The notes under the pieces: generated by a model
Database searches by the model: none
What the model saw: only the letters and a program-made list of their open reading frames with translations
Told to the model about the DNA's origin: nothing
From: a virus
Lineage: Duplodnaviria > Caudoviricetes
IMG/VR virus record: IMGVR_UViG_3300028888_000078
Location: 1 to 64,000 of that record
Reading direction: 5' to 3' (one strand)
DNA: 64,000 nucleotides
Part shown: one piece after another, positions 9,492 through 18,544 of the stretch
Layout of the letters: the number at the start of each line of letters is the position of its first letter
Position numbering within the stretch: position 1 is the stretch's first letter
Translations under genes and position numbers: made by a program

Positions 9492-9935
9492 ATGATTATG
9501 GAACAAAAACTCTATGCTCGTGTAGGAAGAAGCTTTAAGCCTATTCCTAATTATGTTGGTATGTATTGGGACGGTGAAGATTGGACAAAAGAACATACCA
9601 AACACTCTATCGCTAGATGTTACGACCAGAACGGTCTTACTTTACATATGTTTTTCCTACGGAAAGTACAAAATACTAATTGGTATAGTGCCGTAAGAGA
9701 AGCATCTTCGTGTGGAGGTTATCTTCCATCTCATGCTCAAGCAGCTCTTGCAGTAGAACGGTGTGAAGAACTCCGTGAAGACAATGGCGGGTACTGGACT
9801 AGAGATGAGTATAGCTCCGCCATCGCTTGGTATTGGCGCTGGGCTAGTTCCTATTCCTTCGCTCTCTTCTACGCCACCGTTATCAGCCAGCGCTACTGTG
9901 CTCGTATATTCTTTGATACTATAATCAAACTGTAA
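9492..9935 (+). CDS. C-type-lectin-fold (DUF1566/Lcl-like) protein, possible DGR target
   Basis: W..A...GGYLPS...YWTRDEYSSAIAW...CAR pattern; NNC/NNT-rich 3' end. Confidence 0.6.
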   Translation: MIMEQKLYARVGRSFKPIPNYVGMYWDGEDWTKEHTKHSIARCYDQNGLTLHMFFLRKVQNTNWYSAVREASSCGGYLPSHAQAALAVERCEELREDNGGYWTRDEYSSAIAWYWRWASSYSFALFYATVISQRYCARIFFDTIIKL

Positions 9936-10086
9936 AAACAACAAAAAGTAAATTACATATGGCAGGAGCATTTGTAACATTCATACTGGTAATAACAGTG
10001 TGTATTTTCTTCTACGAAGCGTTTCGTGGGTCGAGCAGAAGCGACAGGTCTTCTGCAAATGAATAACAATTAAAAACATTATCAAA

Positions 10087-10257
10087 ATGGAAAGAATAGA
10101 ATTCATAATCTGTATGGTACTCCTCGTGTGGGCTATTGTAGAACTCAGACGAGTAAACTCTAAGCTTAATGATTCCAAAAAGGAATCGGAGCGTCACAAT
10201 AATATCCAAAAGGTGATTCTTGAGCAAATTGATGAACTTAACCAAAAAATAGGATAA
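10087..10257 (+). CDS. small membrane protein (56 aa, below ORF-track cutoff)
   Basis: MERIEFIICMVLLVWAIVELRR...; TTATCAAA leader. Confidence 0.65.
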   Translation: MERIEFIICMVLLVWAIVELRRVNSKLNDSKKESERHNNIQKVILEQIDELNQKIG

Positions 10258-10258
10258 T

Positions 10259-10750
10259 ATGAATATAACAATTAAAGCCTGCAATAATTCCCTTAGATTT
10301 ACGTCTTCGGTTTCTGTTGGCAAGGACTGGGAAGAGAGGTTTTTATCCAAAGAAAATCAAGCTAAAATTCTAGCGTGGTGTAAAGATCATCACGTGCGAG
10401 CATATTGGAACAGTGTTGATAAAAAATCCGAATTGATACAGGACTTAACCGAAGCAAATGTTACCAGTTTTGGACTGTTAAATAAACTGCATACAGAATT
10501 TATGCTGTTTGTCGGAGAGTTACCATCCAATAAGCACTGTTCAGAAAAGTCTGAAGTTTCAGAAAAGAACAAAAAATTTGTACACAAACTGTTGAACGAA
10601 TGGGATGAAACAGAAACTCGTATGGGTACAGCTGGTGCGATTATCATGGGGAAAGATTCTGAACATAAATTTGTGGCGCCGTGTGGACATATTAGTAGTC
10701 AGTTATTAAAACAATTGTTAGAAGCATGGCTACAGGTGTACGACAAGTGA
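10259..10750 (+). CDS. hypothetical protein
   Basis: ORF track. Confidence 0.75.
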   Translation: MNITIKACNNSLRFTSSVSVGKDWEERFLSKENQAKILAWCKDHHVRAYWNSVDKKSELIQDLTEANVTSFGLLNKLHTEFMLFVGELPSNKHCSEKSEVSEKNKKFVHKLLNEWDETETRMGTAGAIIMGKDSEHKFVAPCGHISSQLLKQLLEAWLQVYDK

Positions 10751-10959
10751 ATCAGCAACATCCACCTCTTCCCAAGAAGAAGCGTATAGATGCTAATGGC
10801 AACGATGCTAGACGATTATTTGTCAAAAGCGGAACTGCCACTCTGTTGCTAGCAAAGCTGCCATCTGAGAACGCAGCAAAGATAGCTCAAGCTGATATCT
10901 CTAGAGTTATTAAAAACCTCGGAGGTGAAGAACAATGTAATTTTCTGATCACGAAATGA
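10726..10959 (+). CDS. hypothetical protein
   Basis: ORF track; start uncertain. Confidence 0.6.
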   Translation: MATGVRQVNQQHPPLPKKKRIDANGNDARRLFVKSGTATLLLAKLPSENAAKIAQADISRVIKNLGGEEQCNFLITK

Positions 10960-11173
10960 TAGAAGCTATATTGTACTCTGTAATATTCGCTTGCTTAACC
11001 ATACTAATATTAGAAGTATGGAAGCCAGAGGAATAAGAAACAACTTAGAACCAGGATTTTGGATTGGTGTGGCAATCATCATTCTAATCTTGGTTCTAAG
11101 AAACTGTACAAACCCAAGTGTCAGTGGGATATAATGTCTGCACAAGTTTAAAACGTTTTAAAATTTATCAAAA

Positions 11174-11596
11174 ATGTCAAAACAAAAAGTAAAACCAGGA
11201 GATTTTGTACGCAGGTGTCTAACATCAGGAACACCTGTTGGTGCTGTATGTGTAATAGATGATGTAGAAGATGCGGGCATTTACGCGCATCATATTCCCG
11301 AAAACACGATTGGATCATTCTACATCAAACACGGCGAATATAGTAAGATGAACTCTGTCCGTCTTGCAATCTCTAACAATGACGCCAAATTCTTGGCAGA
11401 GAAACGTCCATATGCATTCAGACGTAGTGCCACAAAAACGTGGGAACGTGCATGTGGGAAACAAGACATTGTCGTTTTGGTAGCTCCAAACGGAACGAAA
11501 TTTGTGCTCAGAAACTGTATCATATGGAAACAGTATTCAGGACACGAAATAGCAATCCGTTGGGAGACAATGCTCAAGGCGTATGAAAACGCCTAA
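11174..11596 (+). CDS. hypothetical protein
   Basis: ORF track; TTATCAAAA leader. Confidence 0.75.
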   Translation: MSKQKVKPGDFVRRCLTSGTPVGAVCVIDDVEDAGIYAHHIPENTIGSFYIKHGEYSKMNSVRLAISNNDAKFLAEKRPYAFRRSATKTWERACGKQDIVVLVAPNGTKFVLRNCIIWKQYSGHEIAIRWETMLKAYENA

Positions 11597-11771
11597 ACCA
11601 GGACAGCTATGCACAATAAACAATACTGTCTACAGAGCAAGAAAACGTACAAACGGTTGTTATGGGTGTGCACTTAACAACATTATCATGTGTCCGAATG
11701 TAGTAGATTCACGTAATGGGCATCCTCTATTAGAATGCCCATTGAACGATATTATACTCGTGAGAGTATAA
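11583..11771 (+). CDS. small Cys-rich protein
   Basis: CYGC...C...C pattern; overlaps the upstream gene. Confidence 0.65.
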   Translation: MKTPKPGQLCTINNTVYRARKRTNGCYGCALNNIIMCPNVVDSRNGHPLLECPLNDIILVRV

Positions 11772-12121
11772 GTTGTTCTGGTTTATTTTCGAACTCCTCT
11801 GTTGTGAAACACGGGAGTTCATTACAATATTGCATAGAACTCACCAGATTGCAGGAAACCTCAAGGCCTGCCAGTTGTTGAACTCTCTAACTAATTTAAG
11901 AGAGTGTAGTGTAAACTGTGAGAGTAATTAGTTCACAGGATCAACAATCAATGAGGAGAGGGTGCAACTGTAAATGAAGGCCGGTAGAGCTTGCACAAGC
12001 CGGTGTTGCAGGTATTTCAATTGCACGGACATATGTACACCTGTCCAACTAAGCAGAAACTTAGCACAAAATGTGCGACACTGAAACGAAAGCTTAGACT
12101 CAGTGGGTCAAACTGAGTACA

Positions 12122-12196
12122 GTGGGAGTAGCTTAATAACCATCAGAGCGACAGATTCTGCATCTGTAGGTGAGGGTTGGAGTCCCTCCTCCCACA
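12122..12196 (+). tRNA. Atypical tRNA, anticodon CUG (Gln)
   Basis: GTGGGAG/CTCCCAC acceptor, ACAGA-TTCTGCA-TCTGT anticodon arm, GAGGG-TTGGAGT-CCCTC T-arm; lacks D-loop GG and T-loop TTC. Confidence 0.65.
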
Positions 12197-12360
12197 CAAC
12201 GCTGTGAAGCGTATGACATTTCTTTAATTAATAAATTAATAATGTGTCAAGAGTTATTTTCATAGTACTTTATTTTTATTTAAGTTATTTGATGAAAGTG
12301 TTCATTACGCGTATACTCTGTCGTGAGACAGGGTATACTTTTCACAGCAAATAATATTTG

Positions 12361-12696
12361 ATGATGATAACATTAAATAATTTCTACCCGTTAACTAAAC
12401 GGCGAAGTAAAAGGTTAAAGCGTCTCTCTAAAAAGAAGAAATTAAAACTAAAAGAGAGAACATGGACTGCTGGGAGACTTATAACATTTGTATCAATTGA
12501 TATTTTTGGAGGAGAACATAGATTCTTAGTACAAATGAAAAAATGTTGTATGGATCTTAGGGAGCATCGATGTGCACAGTGTAGAATGATAAATCATTAT
12601 AGATTGTGCATGGATATTCGTGGAGAAATGTGTAAAAAATGTATGAGAAAATCAGATTTATCATGTTATCCACACAAGCTTAGAATATTGAAATAA
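12361..12696 (+). CDS. basic Cys-rich hypothetical protein
   Basis: ORF track; several CxxC motifs. Confidence 0.6.
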   Translation: MMITLNNFYPLTKRRSKRLKRLSKKKKLKLKERTWTAGRLITFVSIDIFGGEHRFLVQMKKCCMDLREHRCAQCRMINHYRLCMDIRGEMCKKCMRKSDLSCYPHKLRILK

Positions 12697-12991
12697 TTTC
12701 TAGGTTTACTAAACAAATACGTCTGAGGGTCTACGATGCAGTAGTATTAGCAGGAGGGTGGTACGTTGAGGTATGATATCTAACTCAACTAAGTAGGACG
12801 TTTTACAATAAAGGCTTAGAGAGTGTGCCTTACGCCGGGAATTCAAGGTTAAAATGCTTCACCGGTCATAGACGGCGAAAAACACTCTCACCCCATTGGA
12901 TAGTTATAATCATTACAGAGGTAATGTAGGGTGGCTTATTATCCTTATAAAGAACTCTGAAAAAAGCAATTCCCCGTGTAACTATCCATAT

Positions 12992-13063
12992 GGTCCCATC
13001 GTCTATCGGTTAGGACGAGAGATTTTCATTCTCTAAAGAGCAGTTCGACTCTGCTTGGGACTA
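12992..13063 (+). tRNA. tRNA-Glu(UUC)
   Basis: Canonical cloverleaf GGTCCCA/TGGGACT, anticodon loop TTTTCAT, GTTCGAC T-loop. Confidence 0.93.
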
Positions 13064-13146
13064 CAATTACAGGTCTTTTCCAAGTCTTCCTTAAAGACTG
13101 GATCAAAAAACTTATAAGTTTTAACAATTCTAAATTTTATCAAAAA

Positions 13147-13683
13147 ATGAAGAAGAAACTAATTTTCTTTCTGTGCAGCATGTTTATGCTTGCACTTGGC
13201 TTCTCGTCTTGTGGTGAGAAAATGCCAAAAGCCTGGACACAGGCTGAAATTGAAGAGATTGCAGACCAATCTGCTCGTACAGTCTACTATGAGCTGACTA
13301 ATCCGACGTTTGAAAACGTTGGAGATGTTGCTCACTATCGCGAAACGATAGAAGATGGTGAGTCTATTGATAGCGTATTCTCTATGCTATCGACAGCAAC
13401 ACTAAAACGAGTAGCAGACGTATGTATCAACAAATCGGGGATCACCGACAAGAAACAGATTGTTCAAGAATACTTAAAGAACAAATCTGTATATTCTAAT
13501 ATGTCACCAGATCCAGTTTCAGCAGATTCTAAAACAGACAAGCCTGCAACCGATAGCGGAGGATCGGACGTTACCAAAAAAGACGGTGTGTTCGAGACAA
13601 GCTATAACTACTACGCCGACACGATTGACGGTAAGCCGGTTAAGGTGCAGGTAAAAACAGAGAAGAGCTATGTCAAACAATAA
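13147..13683 (+). CDS. Putative lipoprotein
   Basis: MKKKLIFFLCSMFMLALGFSS-C signal peptide II/lipobox. Confidence 0.8.
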   Translation: MKKKLIFFLCSMFMLALGFSSCGEKMPKAWTQAEIEEIADQSARTVYYELTNPTFENVGDVAHYRETIEDGESIDSVFSMLSTATLKRVADVCINKSGITDKKQIVQEYLKNKSVYSNMSPDPVSADSKTDKPATDSGGSDVTKKDGVFETSYNYYADTIDGKPVKVQVKTEKSYVKQ

Positions 13684-14176
13684 CGAACCACGCGCTCTTG
13701 TCATTGTATGGCAAGGGAAAGAAGTGCCAGATGAAGTTGTTGCTGAAATGGTAGCAATGATGGCACAGTGTAATGCTACGATACCAGAATTGGTAACTGC
13801 AAAGCAATTTGACGCAGATGGTCTTGCCAAGTGTATTGGTAACACAATACACATTGAAGGTTCTAATATCCTCAACAACAAAGACCTCGATCCTATTTAT
13901 AACGCAATCGTTTTTATAGGAACTAAGTATAAGGAATGCCTAGGCAATACCGGTACGTTTTCTATCCATTTGTCATCTGACTTATCAGATGAGAAATATA
14001 AACGTGCAACAGGAAAGCCCGCAGATGAGGGTCTTATTACAGCAGTAGAAATACTTGCTACAAAGACCGTATCATCTAAATACGCCCCATTTCTTAACGA
14101 ATACGGCATAAAAAAGAGCATTCTGGAGGTTATTCACAACACCTATATGTATTACAACCATGTGTTCGTATCATAA
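13670..14176 (+). CDS. hypothetical protein
   Basis: ORF track. Confidence 0.75.
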   Translation: MSNNNEPRALVIVWQGKEVPDEVVAEMVAMMAQCNATIPELVTAKQFDADGLAKCIGNTIHIEGSNILNNKDLDPIYNAIVFIGTKYKECLGNTGTFSIHLSSDLSDEKYKRATGKPADEGLITAVEILATKTVSSKYAPFLNEYGIKKSILEVIHNTYMYYNHVFVS

Positions 14177-14323
14177 CGGTAACAAAAGGCGTGAAAAACC
14201 ACAATACGCCAAGGAGCAGCATAAAAATGCTGTTCCTTATGTAAGAAAAAAGTACACAAACGCTGATTATCGGCGTGAGTATGCATAAACTTTAAGTTAT
14301 TAACAATTAAACATTTATCAAAA

Positions 14324-14986
14324 ATGGCAAAAGACAACAAAACCCAGGAGCCGGTAATATTGACACCGGACAACATCGTTGAACAGCGTAAGGCTGGTAA
14401 CATTCTTACCCCCGAACTTCGCAAGAAGATGGAGGAAGACAACAAGAAGGAGAATGACGAGAAGATTATCCGCGAGACAAACCGCCGTATTTCGTACATC
14501 GGTTTCAAGCACGATTCAGGTCTGATCGAGCTGAAGAAGATGCGCGCCATGGATGATCTTGCACTGTACAACACCCGCCAGCAGGGCCGATTGATGAGAT
14601 TCATCACCGGATTCACACTGACCGACCAGGTGCTCCACGAGTATGCAGAGAAGACGGCAGATGACGTGCTGCAGCTCGAGAAGGTGGAGAAGGATACGCT
14701 GGTTCTTCTTGTTCCTGAGTCCGACAAGAACGGCAAGGTTACCCGCAAGGAGACCAAGTTCAAGGTGGGCGACGATGTTCCCGCCATCATAGACTACAAC
14801 GAGTTTGATGATGGCTTGGAGAAGCTGCAGAAGAATCTCCGCGAACGCCAGGAGAAGATCGAGAAGCAGTATAACGATGACATGCTCGTTATCAAGAAGG
14901 CTGCTGGAGAATACTGGCGAGACGATTGGATGTACAATGTCCGTGTTGTATCGGGCACTGGTGCATCGACAGATCGTCGCTGGTAA
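14324..14986 (+). CDS. hypothetical protein with GC3-rich codon bias (probably highly expressed)
   Basis: ORF track; dominated by AAG/GAG/AAC codons; TTATCAAAA leader. Confidence 0.85.
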   Translation: MAKDNKTQEPVILTPDNIVEQRKAGNILTPELRKKMEEDNKKENDEKIIRETNRRISYIGFKHDSGLIELKKMRAMDDLALYNTRQQGRLMRFITGFTLTDQVLHEYAEKTADDVLQLEKVEKDTLVLLVPESDKNGKVTRKETKFKVGDDVPAIIDYNEFDDGLEKLQKNLRERQEKIEKQYNDDMLVIKKAAGEYWRDDWMYNVRVVSGTGASTDRRW

Positions 14987-15024
14987 GCAACTATAGCTAG
15001 CGATAGCTAAGTGAGCACTCATCC

Positions 15025-15373
15025 GTAGAGTTCGAGCCTTGAGCCAATGCTCTACACCAAAAAGAAAGCAGACTACAGTATTTTTTGAAACCTCGCCAAG
15101 TAGGAGTAAAGCTTAAAAATATTTACAAATCTACAGTGCGATAAAAAAAGACACTCGCAATCTTACAACAGTAGAATAAACTACACATAATCCGAGCCTT
15201 GAGCCAGTATTATGGGATGATACCACCGTCCACACGGTGTAATAATATGTGGGCATTAGATCAAAAATCACGAATTGTAGCGAGCCTTGAGCCTGCTATT
15301 GCACTGCAATGATTTCAAGAATGCAGAATACGTCCTATTGAGAGCCTTGAGCCAGTGATAGACCAACGTATTC
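15025..15373 (+). repeat. Array of four stem-loops each displaying GAGCCTTGAGCC
   Basis: Exact 12-mer at 15034, 15194, 15282 and 15342, each flanked by a different complementary stem. Confidence 0.9.
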
Positions 15374-15487
15374 AACCTTTGTTAAGGTTTATTTAAAGCC
15401 TTTTGAGTTGTTTTTAAGATGCTTGCGGACCAGCTACCCACAAGAGTCTAGAAAACGCCTTAGAAAGCCTGAAAATGGCCTTAAATC

Positions 15488-15584
15488 GAACGTTTTGACC
15501 GATCATCATGACGTTCTGCAACAAGAATCTTAGCGTGTCCTAGAATAAGCTGTTGGACGAGGGGTTCGAGTCCCTCCAGGTCCA
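15488..15584 (+). ncRNA. ssrA: Permuted tmRNA, acceptor piece (3' half of the tRNA-like domain)
   Basis: GCTGTT-GGAC-GAGGGGTTCGAGTCCCTC-CAGGTCC-A; pairs with the downstream GGGCCTG including G3.U70; 5' boundary uncertain. Confidence 0.8.
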
Positions 15585-15781
15585 CTACATATTAGGATTT
15601 ACAGGTCAAAGAGAAGACGGATAATTGTGTAAATAATAGAGGTTTAATAGCTCTACAATACAAAACAAGGTTAAATAGCAAGTAACACCGTAAATGCGAA
15701 ATGGTTAGAGAGTAATCTCGGTAAGCCTTAAATATGGTAAGGTACCTTTGAGTGAAGAACACGATCCTAATATTTTTATAC

Positions 15782-15925
15782 GGGCCTGACTGGATTTGAC
15801 AGCAGTGGAAAGTAAGACATTAAGCGCTTTGATATAAATCTAAACGGCGATTATAATATCGTTGACTACACGGGCCTCAAGGAGGCAGCGTGAAGTCGGT
15901 GCGTACTACCTAAACGCGAACGTTT
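15782..15925 (+). ncRNA. ssrA: Permuted tmRNA, coding piece; predicted tag (A)GDYNIVDYTGLKEAA
   Basis: GGGCCTGACTGGATTTGACAGC tmRNA-type 5' end; tag ORF 15846-15893 ends in Ala-Ala-stop; 3' boundary uncertain. Confidence 0.82.
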
Positions 15926-15948
15926 GAGGGTGTTCCGATAACCCCAAA

Positions 15949-16021
15949 GAGTGAGTTAACTCAACTGGTAAGAGTTCAGATGCTGTCTGAAGACGTGGGT
16001 TCGACTCCCACACTCACTCCA
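15949..16021 (+). tRNA. Atypical tRNA or tRNA-like RNA, anticodon undetermined
   Basis: Good acceptor, D and T arms; anticodon arm TCAGA-TGCTG-TCTGA has a 5-nt loop (or GCU if the register shifts). Confidence 0.6.
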
Positions 16022-16043
16022 ATACAACCAAATTTGAATTAAC

Positions 16044-16922
16044 ATGTTAAACAAATACGATTTTACAAATAACGATGACGTTATCGATTAGCCAAGTATT
16101 CTAAAGATAACCAATAGTCAAGTATCCATCATACATGCTGATGGTATTGACATTAAGGAAATCCCAGAAGAAGGACTAACTATACAAATAGGAAACTTAG
16201 ATTCATTTATTCCTGATACACCTGATCCTATTGATCCTGATGATCCAGAACCAACTCCAAGTCCTGATCCAACACCAGATCCAGACCCAGATCCAGATCC
16301 TGATCCAACTCCTACGCCATCTGGAGATGATTATGCACCTGAAACTACAGTATATAGTACAGCTGAATATACAGGAGGCAATGGAATTAAGTTTATCATA
16401 ACAAATAATACTGGTTCTGAAGCAAGACTTTCGGGAGCAATAACTTTGAATCTATCAAGAAATCAAAACGATTGGACAAACTCAACGCAAGCATACGCAG
16501 ATATAGTTGATACTAATATAGGTATACCTGATCAAGATGGTGATTATCACAAAAATAATATAATTATACCAGTTGGTGAATCTTATACTTCGCCAGAAAT
16601 AACGACAATTACTGGTATATATATGCCTACTACTGATTTTACTGATGGTACTTGGTATTTAATGAATTCGATTTCTCCTACAAACGTTTACGGTTATCCG
16701 ATATTCCTTTATACAAGAGAATATTCAAGATCAAGAAATAAAGTAAGCGGATCTCAGAATATGTATGCAGCAGCTCCTACACAAAATATAAAACTTTTGA
16801 GAGGTTATACATATCATTTGAACCTGTATTGGAAAAATCCATATGCAAGTCTTGATCCAGATAAGAGTGGTACAAATTACATTATATTGGCAGAAAACCA
16901 AACTGATTTATTATCGAATTGA
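16044..16922 (+). CDS. hypothetical protein with Pro-Asp/Pro-Thr linker; one TAG at codon 16
   Basis: In frame with ORF 16446-16922 when TAG 16089-16091 is sense; PDPDPDPTP repeat. Confidence 0.8.
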
Positions 16923-16923
16923 T

Positions 16924-18516
16924 ATGAACAAAGAAGAAATAAAATTAATAGGTCCTGAGATAAAGGCAAAAGCAGGAGAAACAGTTACATTACACGCATA
17001 GTTTGATAAACCATGTTGGTCTTGTATACATGAAAGACGTGAGAAATCAGGTTATAGTCGCATAAATGATTAGCAAGGTAGTAATGAACATATATACAAT
17101 GCAATTGTTCATGAAGATACTACACACTTCATATTTTCAATAGGAGATGAAGGAAGACCTGATTTAGCTATGACAAACAATATTGGTCAATTGTGGTGTC
17201 CTGTAACAATAGAATCTTCACCTGAAGTAAAACCAAAAAATAAAGGTAAATTATTATATAAAATTGGTCTTATTTCTGATATTCACTTTGATGTAGAAGA
17301 TTCCAAAAACTCTGAATATAAGACTGATTTACAGAATGCTCTTGAATACTTCCGCAAAGAAAACGTAGAATGTATATGTTCTTGTGGTGATTTTACTCAG
17401 TATAACGATAAAGATTACGAAGCGTTTAGAGAATACTACAATGCACATGCATGGGCACCATCTGGAGGTAAATTACCCTTATTTACACCAATGGGAAATC
17501 ATGATTATCTAAGAATATATCATCAAAGAACTTCTACACCAACCGGATATGCTTCTACAGAGATGTTATGGCAAAATAATGTATCTGTATTTCATGAACC
17601 AGAAAGCACTATACATTTCTTTGAGTATGGAGCTAAATGGAATGATCCTAAAAAAACAGGAAAAAGAACCATTAAGAGCAAACTCAATTACTGGTTTGAG
17701 AAAAATGATTGTATCTTTGTATTTATGAGTATCGATTATGGAAATTCTACTGGTACTCCATGGGATGATGTATGCAGAGGATTTAATAAACTCGACTATA
17801 ACGATGAGTATGTTAAACAAATGACATCTTATGTAAGTAACACAGGATATAATCGAAGCAAAGAAACAAATTTTGATTATCAGTTCTATAATCCAGAAGT
17901 ATTGATGTGGTTAAAAGATATTATTGAGAATAATAAAGATAAACGAATATTTGTATTTTCTCATCATTTCTTACCACATAAAGCTGGTGACAGCGATGGT
18001 ATCTATTCTCATCTTAGAGTATGGCCATATACAGCATCAAACAGTATTAAAAATAAGTTCTATGCTGGTAGCAATACACTATGTGGATTAACATTCTGGT
18101 TTATCGATAAATTAAACAACGAATACAAAAATGTTGTTTGGTTTAGTGGGCATAGTCATAGATTGTGGAACGATAACACAAGTATATGTAATCATAACTA
18201 TGCTATAAAAACACCAACAGGTAATGAAGTTACTCCACTTGTAGATGACCTCAACTCTCTAAATAATACACCTTATGATTATCGTTTGTATACTAGACAA
18301 TCAAATCAACCATTATCTGAATGCGGATTTTGTATAGGCTTACCAAGTTTATCAAAACCAACAGATAATAATGGTTCTTCTATGTATCAGGCATCACAAG
18401 GTGGTATATTAGAAATATATGAAAACGGTACTACAATAAAAGAAATAAACTTTAAAGACAATAATTCAGCCACATATGTCAATAAAGTTATAAGAGATGT
18501 CGATTTAGACATTTAA
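16924..18516 (+). CDS. Calcineurin-like metallophosphoesterase; TAG at codons 26 and 50
   Basis: SDIH, GDF, GNHD, SHH and GHSH motifs; ATG 1 nt after the upstream stop and in frame with ORF 17170. Confidence 0.88.
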
Positions 18517-18520
18517 CAAG

Positions 18521-18544
18521 AAGCTCCTCGCAAGGGAGCTTTTT
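18521..18544 (+). terminator. Rho-independent terminator-like hairpin
   Basis: AAGCTCCT-CGCA-AGGGAGCTT plus T-run. Confidence 0.6.

Noticed and set aside
11955-12030. Twister or twister-sister ribozyme (also GCTGGTTCAAGGCCAGC near 35094)
   Set aside because: Only partial resemblance; the required pseudoknots and conserved residues could not be assigned by eye
14152-15022. Long minus-strand ORFs opposite GC3-rich genes (also 21040-22302)
   Set aside because: Expected antisense open frames caused by strong codon bias on the + strand
15025-15373. CRISPR array interpretation of the GAGCCTTGAGCC repeats
   Set aside because: Repeat is only 12 nt, spacing is irregular (160, 88, 60 nt), flanks pair with each other, and no cas genes are present
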